From positions 1 to 64,000 of IMG/VR virus record IMGVR_UViG_3300021420_000018: a stretch of DNA of 64,000 nt. One strand, 5' to 3'. The position numbers and the translations under genes are program-made. The notes under the pieces were generated by a model that saw only the letters and a list, made by a program, of their open reading frames with translations, was not told the origin of the DNA and ran no database searches. Each line of letters starts with the position of its first letter. Positions within the stretch are counted from its first letter, which is position 1. This stretch comes from a virus. Below, piece after piece: positions 1 to 9,423 of this stretch.

Positions 1-514
1 ACTTCCCAGTGAGAGTTCCGTTGGTGGCCCCTGTTCTCCAAGGGCCGCCACGAATGATGACGGTATCTCCGCCCGAAATAGCCCAACTGCCAGCGTCGCT
101 CCCATCCGCCCACAAATAACGCACATCACCGAAAGCACAAGGTTGATTCGTCCCGCTCCCAGTATCGGCGGCATCGGTCTTACCATTGCAGCGACCCGAC
201 GTTTGATTCACGGCGTCATAGCGCGTGCCGCCATCGTTACGGACATAATAAGTCGTTGCAAAGCAAGATGTGGCCATGACCAATATCGCCAAGAGAACAG
301 CCAATCTGCGCTTCCCTAAGGCATCATGGACGCTCTTGAGGAACTCTTTCCGAGCGCGTCTTTTCACAAATGGTTTCTTGATTGCAATCATAATCATTGA
401 AACCACACTCGAAACAAACGGATTAAGTTTCGGCAACAAGAACAGGCCTGTCCACGAACCCAACGCCAATGAGATCGCAAGCAGCATAAACTGCCGGATG
501 TTCAAATGCATCAT
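1..514 (-). CDS. Membrane-anchored/secreted protein, runs off window edge (possible beta-helix family)
   Basis: Hand translation, not in ORF track: MMHLNIRQF..., hydrophobic segments, then LAVLLAILVMATSCFA|TTYYVRNDGGTRY...CNG...GSGTNQPCAFGDVRYLW; from memory resembles Acidobacteria secreted proteins. Confidence 0.55.
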   Translation of the reverse strand, partial: MMHLNIRQFMLLAISLALGSWTGLFLLPKLNPFVSSVVSMIMIAIKKPFVKRRARKEFLKSVHDALGKRRLAVLLAILVMATSCFATTYYVRNDGGTRYDAVNQTSGRCNGKTDAADTGSGTNQPCAFGDVRYLWADGSDAGSWAISGGDTVIIRGGPWRTGATNGTLTGK

Positions 515-1352
515 CACGCACCTTTTGCGCAAGTTTAACTGCAGCCAGCATGAATCCGTGCGCAAGACCTACAGCAGCAATGAGTAAATACCACACGAAA
601 GAATCCATACTCTGAATTGCGACGCCGGCCGGCGCAGATGGCGTGCTTACGCCGGACTTTATCGGGATAGCCCACTCTCCCCAATTAGCACCAACGGTAT
701 TGTTAAAAGTTGCCTGTACGGAAGCACTTGTAGTTGGTTGAATGGCATATTCCATTCCGCAGTTACATCCAGGAGACGCCGAATCCATAGTATAAGTAAG
801 AGTGGTCGTTCCTGTGGAAAACGAACCTCCAGCTGCGATAGCACCAAACGAAACAACCATATCGTTAGAGTTAGCAGAAAAAGTACCTGTACTTAGGGCC
901 ATTGAGCTATTAGCGCCTGTACTTCCAGATGAATAACAAGGGTTGGTAGTATCTGTGTTTTTGAATGCCACTGCCCAAATGACGGGGAAGGTCACGCTGG
1001 CATTAAAGGATAACTGTAATCCATGAGTCCCACTGGCGGCGTTCTTTATACACCAACCCTCAAATACGTTGAGAGCATTTATGGTGTCGAATGCATTAAT
1101 GATAATTGCTGGAGTTCCATTGGTATCCGATAAGGTTCCTGTAGCTGCTATATTTGTCCATGACGCGCCAATGACAATTGTATCTCCTACTGTAACGCTA
1201 GCCAGATTCATAGCCGATGCTGGTGTGACAGTGACGCCAATGCCAGAGCTATCGAAATTCGCGTTGCTGACATCCCTTACAATCTGCGCCCAGCATGGCC
1301 CCGCGATGAACAGCAATCCGAGAGTAACGAGAGTAAGAAGTAAGCGTTTCAT
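423..1352 (-). CDS. Signal-peptide-bearing Ser/Thr/Gly-rich beta protein, possibly virion- or surface-associated
   Basis: Start refined to MKRLLLTLVTLGLLFIAGPCWAQ (signal-peptide-like); C-terminal hydrophobic helix. Confidence 0.6.
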   Translation of the reverse strand: MKRLLLTLVTLGLLFIAGPCWAQIVRDVSNANFDSSGIGVTVTPASAMNLASVTVGDTIVIGASWTNIAATGTLSDTNGTPAIIINAFDTINALNVFEGWCIKNAASGTHGLQLSFNASVTFPVIWAVAFKNTDTTNPCYSSGSTGANSSMALSTGTFSANSNDMVVSFGAIAAGGSFSTGTTTLTYTMDSASPGCNCGMEYAIQPTTSASVQATFNNTVGANWGEWAIPIKSGVSTPSAPAGVAIQSMDSFVWYLLIAAVGLAHGFMLAAVKLAQKVRDDAFEHPAVYAACDLIGVGFVDRPVLVAET

Positions 1353-1449
1353 TGCACGGCACCACGCTGAGATAGAGTTTCCCGACGCTAGGGCCTCCTG
1401 TGCCACACGGCGAAGATCAGCACACAAATGAGAACCCAGAAAAGTTTTC

Positions 1450-1749
1450 TCAAAGTTCAATCCCATACGATCTAAGCGCGTAATTCCTTTCGAGCATGCG
1501 ATCGATCTGTTGCCGCCAAGTCACGCATGGCGCGCCGAGTGTGCGAGCCCCCCAACAGCCAAGACACAGATAGCCCATGCAACCCTTGCACTGGTTCGGC
1601 ATATTCTCTGGCGTCCAGCCCGGGGGGATGATCACGATCTTATTGCAATGAGAACAGCTGCATGTATCATGTTCTATGGGGATTTTATATGTCTTCCCCG
1701 TTGGATCACCTGGATCGGTTATAATGCCGTACCCTTGAGGTTTAAACAT
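1450..1749 (-). CDS. Cys-rich (Zn-binding) phage hypothetical protein
   Basis: CSHC, CKGC and CLGC motifs. Confidence 0.7.
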   Translation of the reverse strand: MFKPQGYGIITDPGDPTGKTYKIPIEHDTCSCSHCNKIVIIPPGWTPENMPNQCKGCMGYLCLGCWGARTLGAPCVTWRQQIDRMLERNYALRSYGIEL

Positions 1750-2332
1750 GCTCGATCCCCGCTATATTGCTGGTTTGTTTGATGGAGAGGGATGCGTATC
1801 TGTATGTTATTCCCGATTGCGCTATCGCGTTGATGGCAAAACACCCATCATGGCGCTTAAGATCGTAGTCCTGATTTCCAATACGTACAAACCTATCCTG
1901 GAGAGACTGAAACGTACATACGGTGGGAGCATCTGCCGTACAAGGCGCGATGAGCGAGTCGGGCATAAAACGGGATGGAGCTTGAGATTTACTTCTACCG
2001 CGACTCAAAAGCGGTTCTTGAAGGTTATAGTTCCGCATTTGATTATCAAGCGGCGTCAAGCAAAGCTTGGAATGCTCTATCTCACAACAGCCCTGATTGG
2101 CGGACATAGGCCTACTCCGGAGCAATGGAAGATTAGGACTAAGGTTGCGCTCGAATTGAAGAATCTTAATCGTCGTGGCCTTTCTAAACCGCGCAAGCAT
2201 TTTGTTCCGTCCAGACCAAGTAAAGCCTTCAATCCTAAATTCCGCTATGGCAAGCGCGAACTTCATCGCCGCATGAAACGCATGCGTAACGCCCGATGGC
2301 ATCCTGAACGTAATCGCCGCGTTCAACGATGA
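1748..2332 (+). CDS. Free-standing LAGLIDADG homing endonuclease
   Basis: YIAGLFDGEG motif; PHLIIKRRQA; GAGG RBS at 1737-1740; TATAAT at 1720-1725. Confidence 0.9.
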   Translation: MLDPRYIAGLFDGEGCVSVCYSRLRYRVDGKTPIMALKIVVLISNTYKPILERLKRTYGGSICRTRRDERVGHKTGWSLRFTSTATQKRFLKVIVPHLIIKRRQAKLGMLYLTTALIGGHRPTPEQWKIRTKVALELKNLNRRGLSKPRKHFVPSRPSKAFNPKFRYGKRELHRRMKRMRNARWHPERNRRVQR

Positions 2333-2357
2333 TTCCGTAGCCGCCAGGTTTAAGCAT
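2235..2357 (-). pseudogene. Truncated relic duplicating the 5' end of gene 1450..1749
   Basis: MLKPGGYGII vs MFKPQGYGII; stops after 40 aa inside the antisense LAGLIDADG gene. Confidence 0.55.
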
Positions 2358-2447
2358 CAGGCTATACTCTTCCTGCCATGCGGCCTAGTCGGGCTACGAC
2401 CCGAGTCGGCGACAGTGAAACGAGGTCTGAGCCGCATGGCTTAAGCA

Positions 2448-2627
2448 TCAGCGTGGCACGCGCTCCAGAACATCATCGTTTCTTTGCTTATAGCAAGTGC
2501 ATTGCCAGTAGTGAGCGTTGGAATCCCAAAATGTTTTGTCCGGCGTTTGATAAGTCGCAGTTTCGCCGCACTGGGGACAGATGGCTTTCGTTCCGCAATC
2601 CGGACAGTTTGGATACGTGGCGCTCAC
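2448..2627 (-). CDS. Small Zn-ribbon protein (59 aa)
   Basis: GTGA overlap with upstream gene; CPDC and CPQC motifs. Confidence 0.55.
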   Translation of the reverse strand: MSATYPNCPDCGTKAICPQCGETATYQTPDKTFWDSNAHYWQCTCYKQRNDDVLERVPR

Positions 2628-3250
2628 GTATTCATCCGATCAAACTCTTCGCGCAGCACAGGCGGCAGATACAACCTGACATCTGCAAGAACATCTGCGC
2701 GTGGACGCAGTGGTGCGATCTGCGGTGGAACCGGAAATACGTAGCCGAATACATCACCGCCCGGAAGATCGGTGAATCGTTGATGTTTGAAGCCCATCAA
2801 TGCATCAAGCTGCTCGAATGAAGGCCAGCCAAAATCAGATATCCGGAAAGTGCTCCAATCATCGATCAGGATCACGGGATTCGACGCCCACTTGTGATCC
2901 TTGATGATTTGCAATTCCTCGAGCAGTGGACATAGCCCGTACCCTTTCGGTGCAGTGCCATTCTTCCAGTCGATGTCACCTTTGACGAAATGCGCGTCGA
3001 GCCAGAAGACCGTGGAGATCGTCGGGTTGATTACTTTGCGCAGGATGTCGGGACTATTGCCGTGGTAGATGCGGACATTCAAGCACTCTTTGAAGCGCTC
3101 ACAGGCAGCTTCATAGCGTCCTTCGTGGAGTTCGATGGAAATGCACTCGGCGTAGACCTTCGAAGCCGCAGCTAGTGTCTTACCTTCGCCAACGCCTGTT
3201 TCAATGAAGCGCTGGGCGGGCCAGCGAGTGAAGTCGTCGAGATGCCCCAT
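2624..3250 (-). CDS. Class I SAM-dependent methyltransferase-like protein
   Basis: FIETGVGEG motif I; SIEL; FWLDAH; ILIDD. Confidence 0.75.
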   Translation of the reverse strand: MGHLDDFTRWPAQRFIETGVGEGKTLAAASKVYAECISIELHEGRYEAACERFKECLNVRIYHGNSPDILRKVINPTISTVFWLDAHFVKGDIDWKNGTAPKGYGLCPLLEELQIIKDHKWASNPVILIDDWSTFRISDFGWPSFEQLDALMGFKHQRFTDLPGGDVFGYVFPVPPQIAPLRPRADVLADVRLYLPPVLREEFDRMNT

Positions 3251-3291
3251 ATTTTGAGACTATCATAATTTGGGAACAGCGAAAACTGGAA

Positions 3292-3867
3292 TCAGCCACT
3301 CGCCGCTTGAGCTCGCTCGATTTGGTGAGGGCAGATGCCGTCACCGCTTTCCTTCGCCAGATGACAATTCGCACAAAGCATCTCGAAGTTGTCTTTCGGA
3401 AAACCTGAGTCTTTCAGCCATTTATAGAATCGGCGGCCTGTGAATTGCCTTGGATTACCGAGAGTTTTACGATGCACAGCGCCATCGCCATTCACGTGAT
3501 GGATCGTCATAAATCTGAAATGCGTATCACCGCAGCAGGCGCACTTGCGGCCGTAGGCTTCAAACATTTCCAACTTGAGTTCCTGATTGCGCTCATTGTT
3601 TTGTTGACGAAGATATTCGTCGCCAACTTTCTCGCGCCATCGTTCAGCACGAACATTGGCGTTCTGCCGATACTCTGGAGATTCAGCACGCCTTTTGGCT
3701 GATCGAAGGCGCTCATATTCGCTGAGATGTTCGCGGTTTTTCTCAGTCCACGCTCTTCGGCCCTGAAGATACTTCTCACGATTATTCTCACGCCACAGCT
3801 TCTGCCGCGCAGCGTGTCTGCGGCGAGCTTCCTCTTCCGTTTCACCCGGTCTGCATCGTGTGGCCAT
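3292..3867 (-). CDS. HNH endonuclease
   Basis: CACCG...TIHHVNGDG...LCANCH; GGAGG RBS before MATRC. Confidence 0.85.
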   Translation of the reverse strand: MATRCRPGETEEEARRRHAARQKLWRENNREKYLQGRRAWTEKNREHLSEYERLRSAKRRAESPEYRQNANVRAERWREKVGDEYLRQQNNERNQELKLEMFEAYGRKCACCGDTHFRFMTIHHVNGDGAVHRKTLGNPRQFTGRRFYKWLKDSGFPKDNFEMLCANCHLAKESGDGICPHQIERAQAASG

Positions 3868-3942
3868 TGCCACCTCCGCGATGCAGTCTATCACAAAGTT
3901 TAGATTATTGGGTATGACAGGACGCTAAGTCCTTTGGTTTCT

Positions 3943-4395
3943 TCATTCCCAGAAGTGTGCGTGACAATCTGAAATTCCAGTATACGCGGCCGATTGCGAT
4001 CTCAGGTTGATCGTGTTCGCCGCAGTCGGAGGTGTATACAGTTCTCCGCCTGGAGCTGCTACCCAGCGATAAGTAGCTCTCATGTTGAGGTCCAGAGGAC
4101 CGAAGAGGATAGTTCCAGGGGTTCCTTGTTCCGCAGTATAGTTGGTGGCCCCGATGCAGGTAGCCGCTCCATCGTTGGCTTCCAGAGGATTCGGCGTTGA
4201 AGCAGTAGACGTTCCTACTGTGCCGGACATCCTGATGGCTTCCCATTGAGTGCTGTTATCAGCAGGAGTTCCTGAGGTGCCAACGCTGAAATCGTATATC
4301 GTAGCTACAGATGTAGCAGTTGCAGCAATGGAGAGAGCTGACTTGTACGAGCTAGCCATCACCGCAATCGTTCCGGTCAGATTATATCTACGCAA
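3943..4395 (-). CDS. Probable virion structural protein
   Basis: TTG start after AAGGAG; Ala/Thr-rich beta protein in the neck/tail region. Confidence 0.55.
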   Translation of the reverse strand: MRRYNLTGTIAVMASSYKSALSIAATATSVATIYDFSVGTSGTPADNSTQWEAIRMSGTVGTSTASTPNPLEANDGAATCIGATNYTAEQGTPGTILFGPLDLNMRATYRWVAAPGGELYTPPTAANTINLRSQSAAYTGISDCHAHFWE

Positions 4396-4396
4396 G

Positions 4397-5518
4397 TTAG
4401 TTCTCCTTTTGGTGCAACAGCCAAACACGCAGAGCCGCTGTCACCTGATCCAGGCTGTATTCGTAGCCACTGCCTTCACCGCGGAAAATCTGCATCGATG
4501 GATACCATGGCGTCGACGAACCTGCTTTGCCCCACTTCGCGTCATTAAAGTCGCCGAGGATGGCCCATGCTGGTTTGCCCATTGCACCAGCCAAATGCAG
4601 GACCGCAGTATCGACGCTTAAGACCAGATCGCAGGCGGAAACTAGCGCAATCGTGTCGCGCCAGTCTCGAATCACCTCGTTGCTGAGCGTCAACGCTACG
4701 AGCTCTACGCCGTAGTCGCTGATCTCGTTCAAGAATTGCTCGCCGATTTTACCCGGCACTGATCTGAATTTGTACACGTCACCCTTTTCACCGGCGCCGA
4801 GTTTGATGCCGATGCGCAGCCCACGCGAACGCGGCACGCTAATGGGCTCTATGTATGGTCCATTCCAAACAACTGTTTCGGGCGTCATCTGGAAGAGCTG
4901 CATGAAGTGAAACATGTGGAGCCAGATTTCCCACTTTCGTTTCTGCGTCATGTTCACTGTCTGAAGCGATGGCTGACGTAAGAAAACAGGAACCAAATCT
5001 TCCGTTGGAGCGAATGAGACAGTGCAATGAAAACGCGATCCGAGTTCGGGAATGTAGCGAGCCAGCATGAATACATCACCAAAACCGCCAGCAGGTACAA
5101 CCAGGACTTCTTTCCCCTCAAGCGATTGACCATTCCACTCTTCGCCGCCGCCTTCGAATGGATTTTCAACAAGCGGAGACCAGTGCTTCCATGCCTCCAG
5201 CCATTGTCCATCGCGAAAAAGAGCTTCGCCGTATGCGCCGCGATATTTTTTGTTTTCCGGACGGCCGTGATAGGCCGCACTCAACCATTCGAGCGCTTCA
5301 TCGAATCCGCCGCTGTGGCTGAGCGCAATACCGATATCGAAAGCGCGTTCCGGCGTCGGATCAAGTTCGTAGGCGTCACGGTAAAGCTGCGCCGCGGTAG
5401 CGGCATCGCCAGCGAAATAGGCGTGGTATGCCTCGGTAGCTTTGGCCTGAGCAGGCCTGTCGATAGAAACCATTCCAGGAACCAGCGCAAGGCTAGCCCA
5501 AAAAACGCGCAGCAACAA
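4397..5518 (-). CDS. TPR + GT-B (GT9-like) glycosyltransferase
   Basis: N-terminal TPR-like helices; GGFGDVFMLARY; CDLVLSVDTAVLHLAGAMGKPAW. Confidence 0.85.
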   Translation of the reverse strand: MLLRVFWASLALVPGMVSIDRPAQAKATEAYHAYFAGDAATAAQLYRDAYELDPTPERAFDIGIALSHSGGFDEALEWLSAAYHGRPENKKYRGAYGEALFRDGQWLEAWKHWSPLVENPFEGGGEEWNGQSLEGKEVLVVPAGGFGDVFMLARYIPELGSRFHCTVSFAPTEDLVPVFLRQPSLQTVNMTQKRKWEIWLHMFHFMQLFQMTPETVVWNGPYIEPISVPRSRGLRIGIKLGAGEKGDVYKFRSVPGKIGEQFLNEISDYGVELVALTLSNEVIRDWRDTIALVSACDLVLSVDTAVLHLAGAMGKPAWAILGDFNDAKWGKAGSSTPWYPSMQIFRGEGSGYEYSLDQVTAALRVWLLHQKEN

Positions 5519-5527
5519 CTAAATATT

Positions 5528-6031
5528 TTATTCGTTCAATCCATCTTGGAGGGATTGCTGCAGGCCGGCCTTGATGTCCTCGGTCTTTTCCTCTAAGGAA
5601 GGTGCCATAAACGGCCTTAGCGGCGCTGGCGGATGAACAACTGCGTGAGGCGGCCGCACGAATACTTTCGTACCGTCTCCTGCAATAAAAGCGAGTGCTC
5701 GCGCCTTCACTGCCATGATTGTATAGAAGCGGCTGCCGCCTTCTTCAAACAGGCGCCCATACCAAGCAGGCCCGCCAGCACCTTCGACACTGCCAACGAT
5801 ATTGGTTCCTTCGAGGGCCGCAGGATTAGCGTGGACGCTTCCAGACAATATGCCGGCGCGGCGCTGTAAAACTTGGCCGGAGAGTTTGTTTGCCTTGATG
5901 TAGCTCTCGAGCTGAATCATCAGCGCATTCATCTTGGCGGTCAGAATCGCGATGATGCGTGGACCTTTGGCCCGCAGCTTAGCGATCAACTCCTGGTCGT
6001 TCAGCATTGTGATTTTGATCGTGTCAGCCAT
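5528..6031 (-). CDS. Head-tail joining/tail completion protein (HK97 gp10-like)
   Basis: LSGQVLQRRAGILSGS; YGRLFEEGG; RPFMAPSL; position after adaptor gene. Confidence 0.7.
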   Translation of the reverse strand: MADTIKITMLNDQELIAKLRAKGPRIIAILTAKMNALMIQLESYIKANKLSGQVLQRRAGILSGSVHANPAALEGTNIVGSVEGAGGPAWYGRLFEEGGSRFYTIMAVKARALAFIAGDGTKVFVRPPHAVVHPPAPLRPFMAPSLEEKTEDIKAGLQQSLQDGLNE

Positions 6032-6723
6032 CACAAGGTACGGGTATATCTCTGAATGACCCAGTCTGCAGAAGGAGGGATATCCCAATCGCGATACCTA
6101 ACGCTTCCACCGCCGCCTGCCACTGCACGCGAGGCTTCGTCAGCAAAATTTCGCCTTTTATAGTTCTGATGGACGACGATCTTGGCAGCCTCCGCCACGT
6201 CTGCCGGAATCGCCGTGTAACCAGCCGAATACTGGACTTCGATATTCTGGATTCCCGTCCAAAAGCGAAGGCCGCCAAGAGCGCGAAAGGGACCTGCTTG
6301 CCACTGGTAGAATAGCGGGCTCGGCGAGCCTGTTCCCGGGATGCCAGTTCTCAGGGCGATACTTTTCGCCGTTCCATCGATCACGTAGCCTTGAACAGCA
6401 ACACCGCTGGAGGCTGGTATGGATATGCCGTTGATGCTCACAAGCGCTACGGTTTTGATGGGTCTATTCTTCACAAATAAGCGAGTACCACCCATGCCGT
6501 CATAGAACTCGTCAAAGTTGGAAATGGAAGTGAATGGCGATGCGGCGATGTCGTTGTTTTGACTGCCCATGCCTGTACGGTTCAGAAACTCAGCGCTCCA
6601 CGCAGTTATGATCGACTGAAGAACGGCATCTTCGTCGGTATTGGACTGCTTGAGGCCAGGGATCCAGTCGTGCATATCCTGGACCGTAATAAGATCGATC
6701 GGCGATGTAACGGTATCCGGCAT
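6031..6723 (-). CDS. Head-tail adaptor/connector
   Basis: DEFYDG; GIQNIEVQYSAGYTAIPADV; IQRYTR C-terminus. Confidence 0.75.
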   Translation of the reverse strand: MPDTVTSPIDLITVQDMHDWIPGLKQSNTDEDAVLQSIITAWSAEFLNRTGMGSQNNDIAASPFTSISNFDEFYDGMGGTRLFVKNRPIKTVALVSINGISIPASSGVAVQGYVIDGTAKSIALRTGIPGTGSPSPLFYQWQAGPFRALGGLRFWTGIQNIEVQYSAGYTAIPADVAEAAKIVVHQNYKRRNFADEASRAVAGGGGSVRYRDWDIPPSADWVIQRYTRTL

Positions 6724-6724
6724 G

Positions 6725-6964
6725 TCAGAACAATGTTTTGATCGGTGTCCAGTTGCCCAACGGGAACGGAGGGTTGGGTACCGGCGTCGTCGGATAGTTA
6801 GGCTGCGTGTAGATCGCAATCGGCCAGGTCCCGACAAACTCGTCTGCGCCGACTGCAGAGCTCGCCACCGCGGCATTCACAGATGGAACGCGATAATCTG
6901 GCTGCACGTAAGCCGGTGTTGGGTTCGGACCGGTCAGGCCCATTGGATTTAGCTGAAAAGCCAT
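6725..6964 (-). CDS. Pro-rich hypothetical protein
   Basis: GAGG RBS; tightly packed in operon. Confidence 0.6.
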   Translation of the reverse strand: MAFQLNPMGLTGPNPTPAYVQPDYRVPSVNAAVASSAVGADEFVGTWPIAIYTQPNYPTTPVPNPPFPLGNWTPIKTLF

Positions 6965-6976
6965 TGGCGGTATCCT

Positions 6977-7834
6977 CTACAGTTCCCTTGCGTATTCTAA
7001 CGCTGCCGGCATGTCTCCTACAAACGTATAAGTACCCATGTGCGTCGTGCGCACCGAGGGAAGCATCCAGATCTTGTAACCGAGAGCCATTGCATCACGG
7101 CAAAACCAAAAATCTTCCGAATCAAAAAGGCGCGTTTCCGGATTGACGCCCACCTTGAAGAAGTCGTGAATCTTGCCGGGGAACGAGCCTGGATCGCCGC
7201 GCGGCGCCTCATACCAACGGTCCGGATAGGCCCTCGTGAACTTTTGAAAAACTTCGCGCTTAATCATCAGCAAGCCGGTTCCCATCTGTTTCATCAGTTC
7301 CGGTTTCTGGACCTGGATAACCTCAATACCTTCGAAGTACCGCAGAACGAAGTCACCGCCGATGCGAGGAAAGTCAGCCGGATCGATACCCATGCCGCTG
7401 TTCATAAACTCTTTGGCCAACCCATCGGCGTCGACGCCGTCCTTGCAAATGGCGGGATTGTCTTTCACCCACTGAAAAACGCGCCTGAGGATGGCGGTTT
7501 GGATGCGGTCCCAACGAATGGATTTCTTCGAGCAAGGGACGCCGACTATATCGACGTCCATCTCGAGCATAGCCATGATGTCGAGATGGTTGAATCCGAT
7601 ATCGGCATCGATGAAAAGTGCATGAGTGTGCGAGGCATCCTTCAAGAACGTATCTGCCAGCGTATTTCTGGCCCGCGGGATCAACGATTCGTTGTAGACG
7701 TTAGCCCACGAAAAATCGATCCGGTGTTCGCGGCAGAAAAGTGCGAGCTGGAGAAACGAGCTATGGTAATTCATCGACAGTTGGCCTCCATACATCGGAG
7801 TTAACACATGGAGGCTTTTCCCTGTTACGGACAC
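6977..7834 (-). CDS. GT-A fold glycosyltransferase-like protein
   Basis: TPMYGG; RARN; FIDADIGF (DxD); GTGLLMIKREVF; SEDFWFC. Confidence 0.8.
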   Translation of the reverse strand: MSVTGKSLHVLTPMYGGQLSMNYHSSFLQLALFCREHRIDFSWANVYNESLIPRARNTLADTFLKDASHTHALFIDADIGFNHLDIMAMLEMDVDIVGVPCSKKSIRWDRIQTAILRRVFQWVKDNPAICKDGVDADGLAKEFMNSGMGIDPADFPRIGGDFVLRYFEGIEVIQVQKPELMKQMGTGLLMIKREVFQKFTRAYPDRWYEAPRGDPGSFPGKIHDFFKVGVNPETRLFDSEDFWFCRDAMALGYKIWMLPSVRTTHMGTYTFVGDMPAALEYAREL

Positions 7835-7920
7835 ACTGCTGTATTAGCATACTAACGCCAAAAAATACACTTATTTGACGAATTGTTTACTCACACCACG
7901 GCATATGGTATCAATATGTT

Positions 7921-8430
7921 GTGACTAAAAATGAAATGCTTGCATACCTGGCCGGAATTGCCGACGGTGAGGGCTACATCGGAATCAAGAAAGAAAAGGC
8001 GCGCTATCACCCTGGCTGCACAAATCCATTATATTCAGAACGTTTTGCGATCCGCATGGCTGATCGGCACGCGATCAAGCTATTCGAAAAGGTTCTAGGT
8101 GGCTGGTCTTATCCGGAAAAGCAATACTCTCCCACGAAGCGCCCTTGTTTCGTCTATGAGGTCTGCACCAAAAGTGCTGCTACGGTTATCCGCGCTCTTC
8201 TTCCATTTTTGCGTATCAAAAAACCGCAGGCTATTGCAGTCCTGAAACTAACCACCAACAAGATTACAGCCAAGAAAGTAAGGACCAATCGCATTTGCAC
8301 CAGCCGATGGGGAACGCCTATGGTATCTAGGGCACGCACCAAACTTTCCCATCGCACGCTGGCCTTACGTGAACGGCTCTATTTGTTATGTAAGAGACTT
8401 AATCGCACGGGACCGAGTCACGGCAAATGA
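7921..8430 (+). CDS. Free-standing LAGLIDADG homing endonuclease
   Basis: YLAGIADGEG; PFLRIKKPQA. Confidence 0.9.
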   Translation: MTKNEMLAYLAGIADGEGYIGIKKEKARYHPGCTNPLYSERFAIRMADRHAIKLFEKVLGGWSYPEKQYSPTKRPCFVYEVCTKSAATVIRALLPFLRIKKPQAIAVLKLTTNKITAKKVRTNRICTSRWGTPMVSRARTKLSHRTLALRERLYLLCKRLNRTGPSHGK

Positions 8431-8597
8431 TTTGAACGCTCACGCAAATCTTTTCCTTGCTGTTCGCACTCGTTTACGTGATCGGTCAGTTCAATGGCGA
8501 CCTCGGGCGTGATCCACTTTTTAACCATGAAGAAGTTGATTGCCAGCCGCATTTCCTGGTATCCAAGGAGCCCAAACTCAGGCAGGTCTTCAGGCAT
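8418..8597 (-). CDS. Hypothetical protein
   Basis: GGAG RBS before MPEDLPEF; overlaps upstream stop. Confidence 0.55.
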   Translation of the reverse strand: MPEDLPEFGLLGYQEMRLAINFFMVKKWITPEVAIELTDHVNECEQQGKDLRERSNHLP

Positions 8598-9423
8598 AGC
8601 TAACTCCCTTTTCCCGAATACCGTCGGACTCATTGATCTGATCCGCAGCTGCGGACAGGCATGCGTCCACACCGACAGACTGCGCAACGTGCCTGAACAT
8701 GCGATTGTCACGCGGGAGACAGGGCCCGCCGTAGGGAGATCCCGGTTTCAGGTAGGCGTTTCCGATGCGCGGATCGCAGCCCACGGCATCCATGATGACA
8801 GAGGAGTCTGCGCCTAACTTCTCCGCTACCAGGTGTAGTTGATTCGCGAGCGAAATCTTAATGGTCAGCGCGCAGTTCAGCGTGATCTTGGCGAGCTCTG
8901 CCTCGATAAGGGTCATGCGCTTGACCGGAGCAGAAGTGATGCGCCTGTAAATCTCTTCGCACTGATCGCCGGCCTGCTTGGACTTTGAGCCGATTAGGAC
9001 GATTGCGGGATTCAGCAAATCTCTGCGCACTTCCGCAAGACGGATGAACTCAGGCTTATAGCAGATATTATTCCCGACGATCTCGCGGAACTTATCGCAG
9101 CTGCCAGGAGTGGTCGTGCTTCCGATGATGTAGAGATAGTCGTGCTTTCCTGAGTTTTCCGCCGAAGCGGCGAACCGCGTTAAGGCGTCTTCCAAATACT
9201 CGTTGGAAAAAGAGCCGTCCGATCTCGACGGAGTCTGAACAATGAAGATTGCCGCTTGGGACTGCTGAACAGCCCTGGCAGGATCGCTCGTGTCTACATC
9301 GCTCTCCACTGTCTTTGTTAGATCGTTGTCGTAACCGACAGCCTCGAAGCCGACGTAGCGTAGCATGTCGAGTAGCGGCTTTCCCACGCGCCCGAGACCG
9401 CAAACGGCTATGCGTTCGATCAT
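8590..9423 (-). CDS. UDP-glucose/GDP-mannose 6-dehydrogenase family protein (no C-terminal domain)
   Basis: GLGRVG Rossmann motif; VQTP; STTTPG; PEFIR; AELAK; YGGPCLPRD catalytic Cys motif. Confidence 0.85.
   Translation of the reverse strand: MIERIAVCGLGRVGKPLLDMLRYVGFEAVGYDNDLTKTVESDVDTSDPARAVQQSQAAIFIVQTPSRSDGSFSNEYLEDALTRFAASAENSGKHDYLYIIGSTTTPGSCDKFREIVGNNICYKPEFIRLAEVRRDLLNPAIVLIGSKSKQAGDQCEEIYRRITSAPVKRMTLIEAELAKITLNCALTIKISLANQLHLVAEKLGADSSVIMDAVGCDPRIGNAYLKPGSPYGGPCLPRDNRMFRHVAQSVGVDACLSAAADQINESDGIREKGVSYA

Noticed and set aside
1339-1352. Ninth operator copy (AGTAAGCGTTTCAT)
   Set aside because: One mismatch, and explained by the codons for MKRLL; not counted
7835-8430. Group I introns around the LAGLIDADG genes
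   Set aside because: The ORFs are antisense to the flanking genes, the flanking genes look complete, and no intron core was recognised
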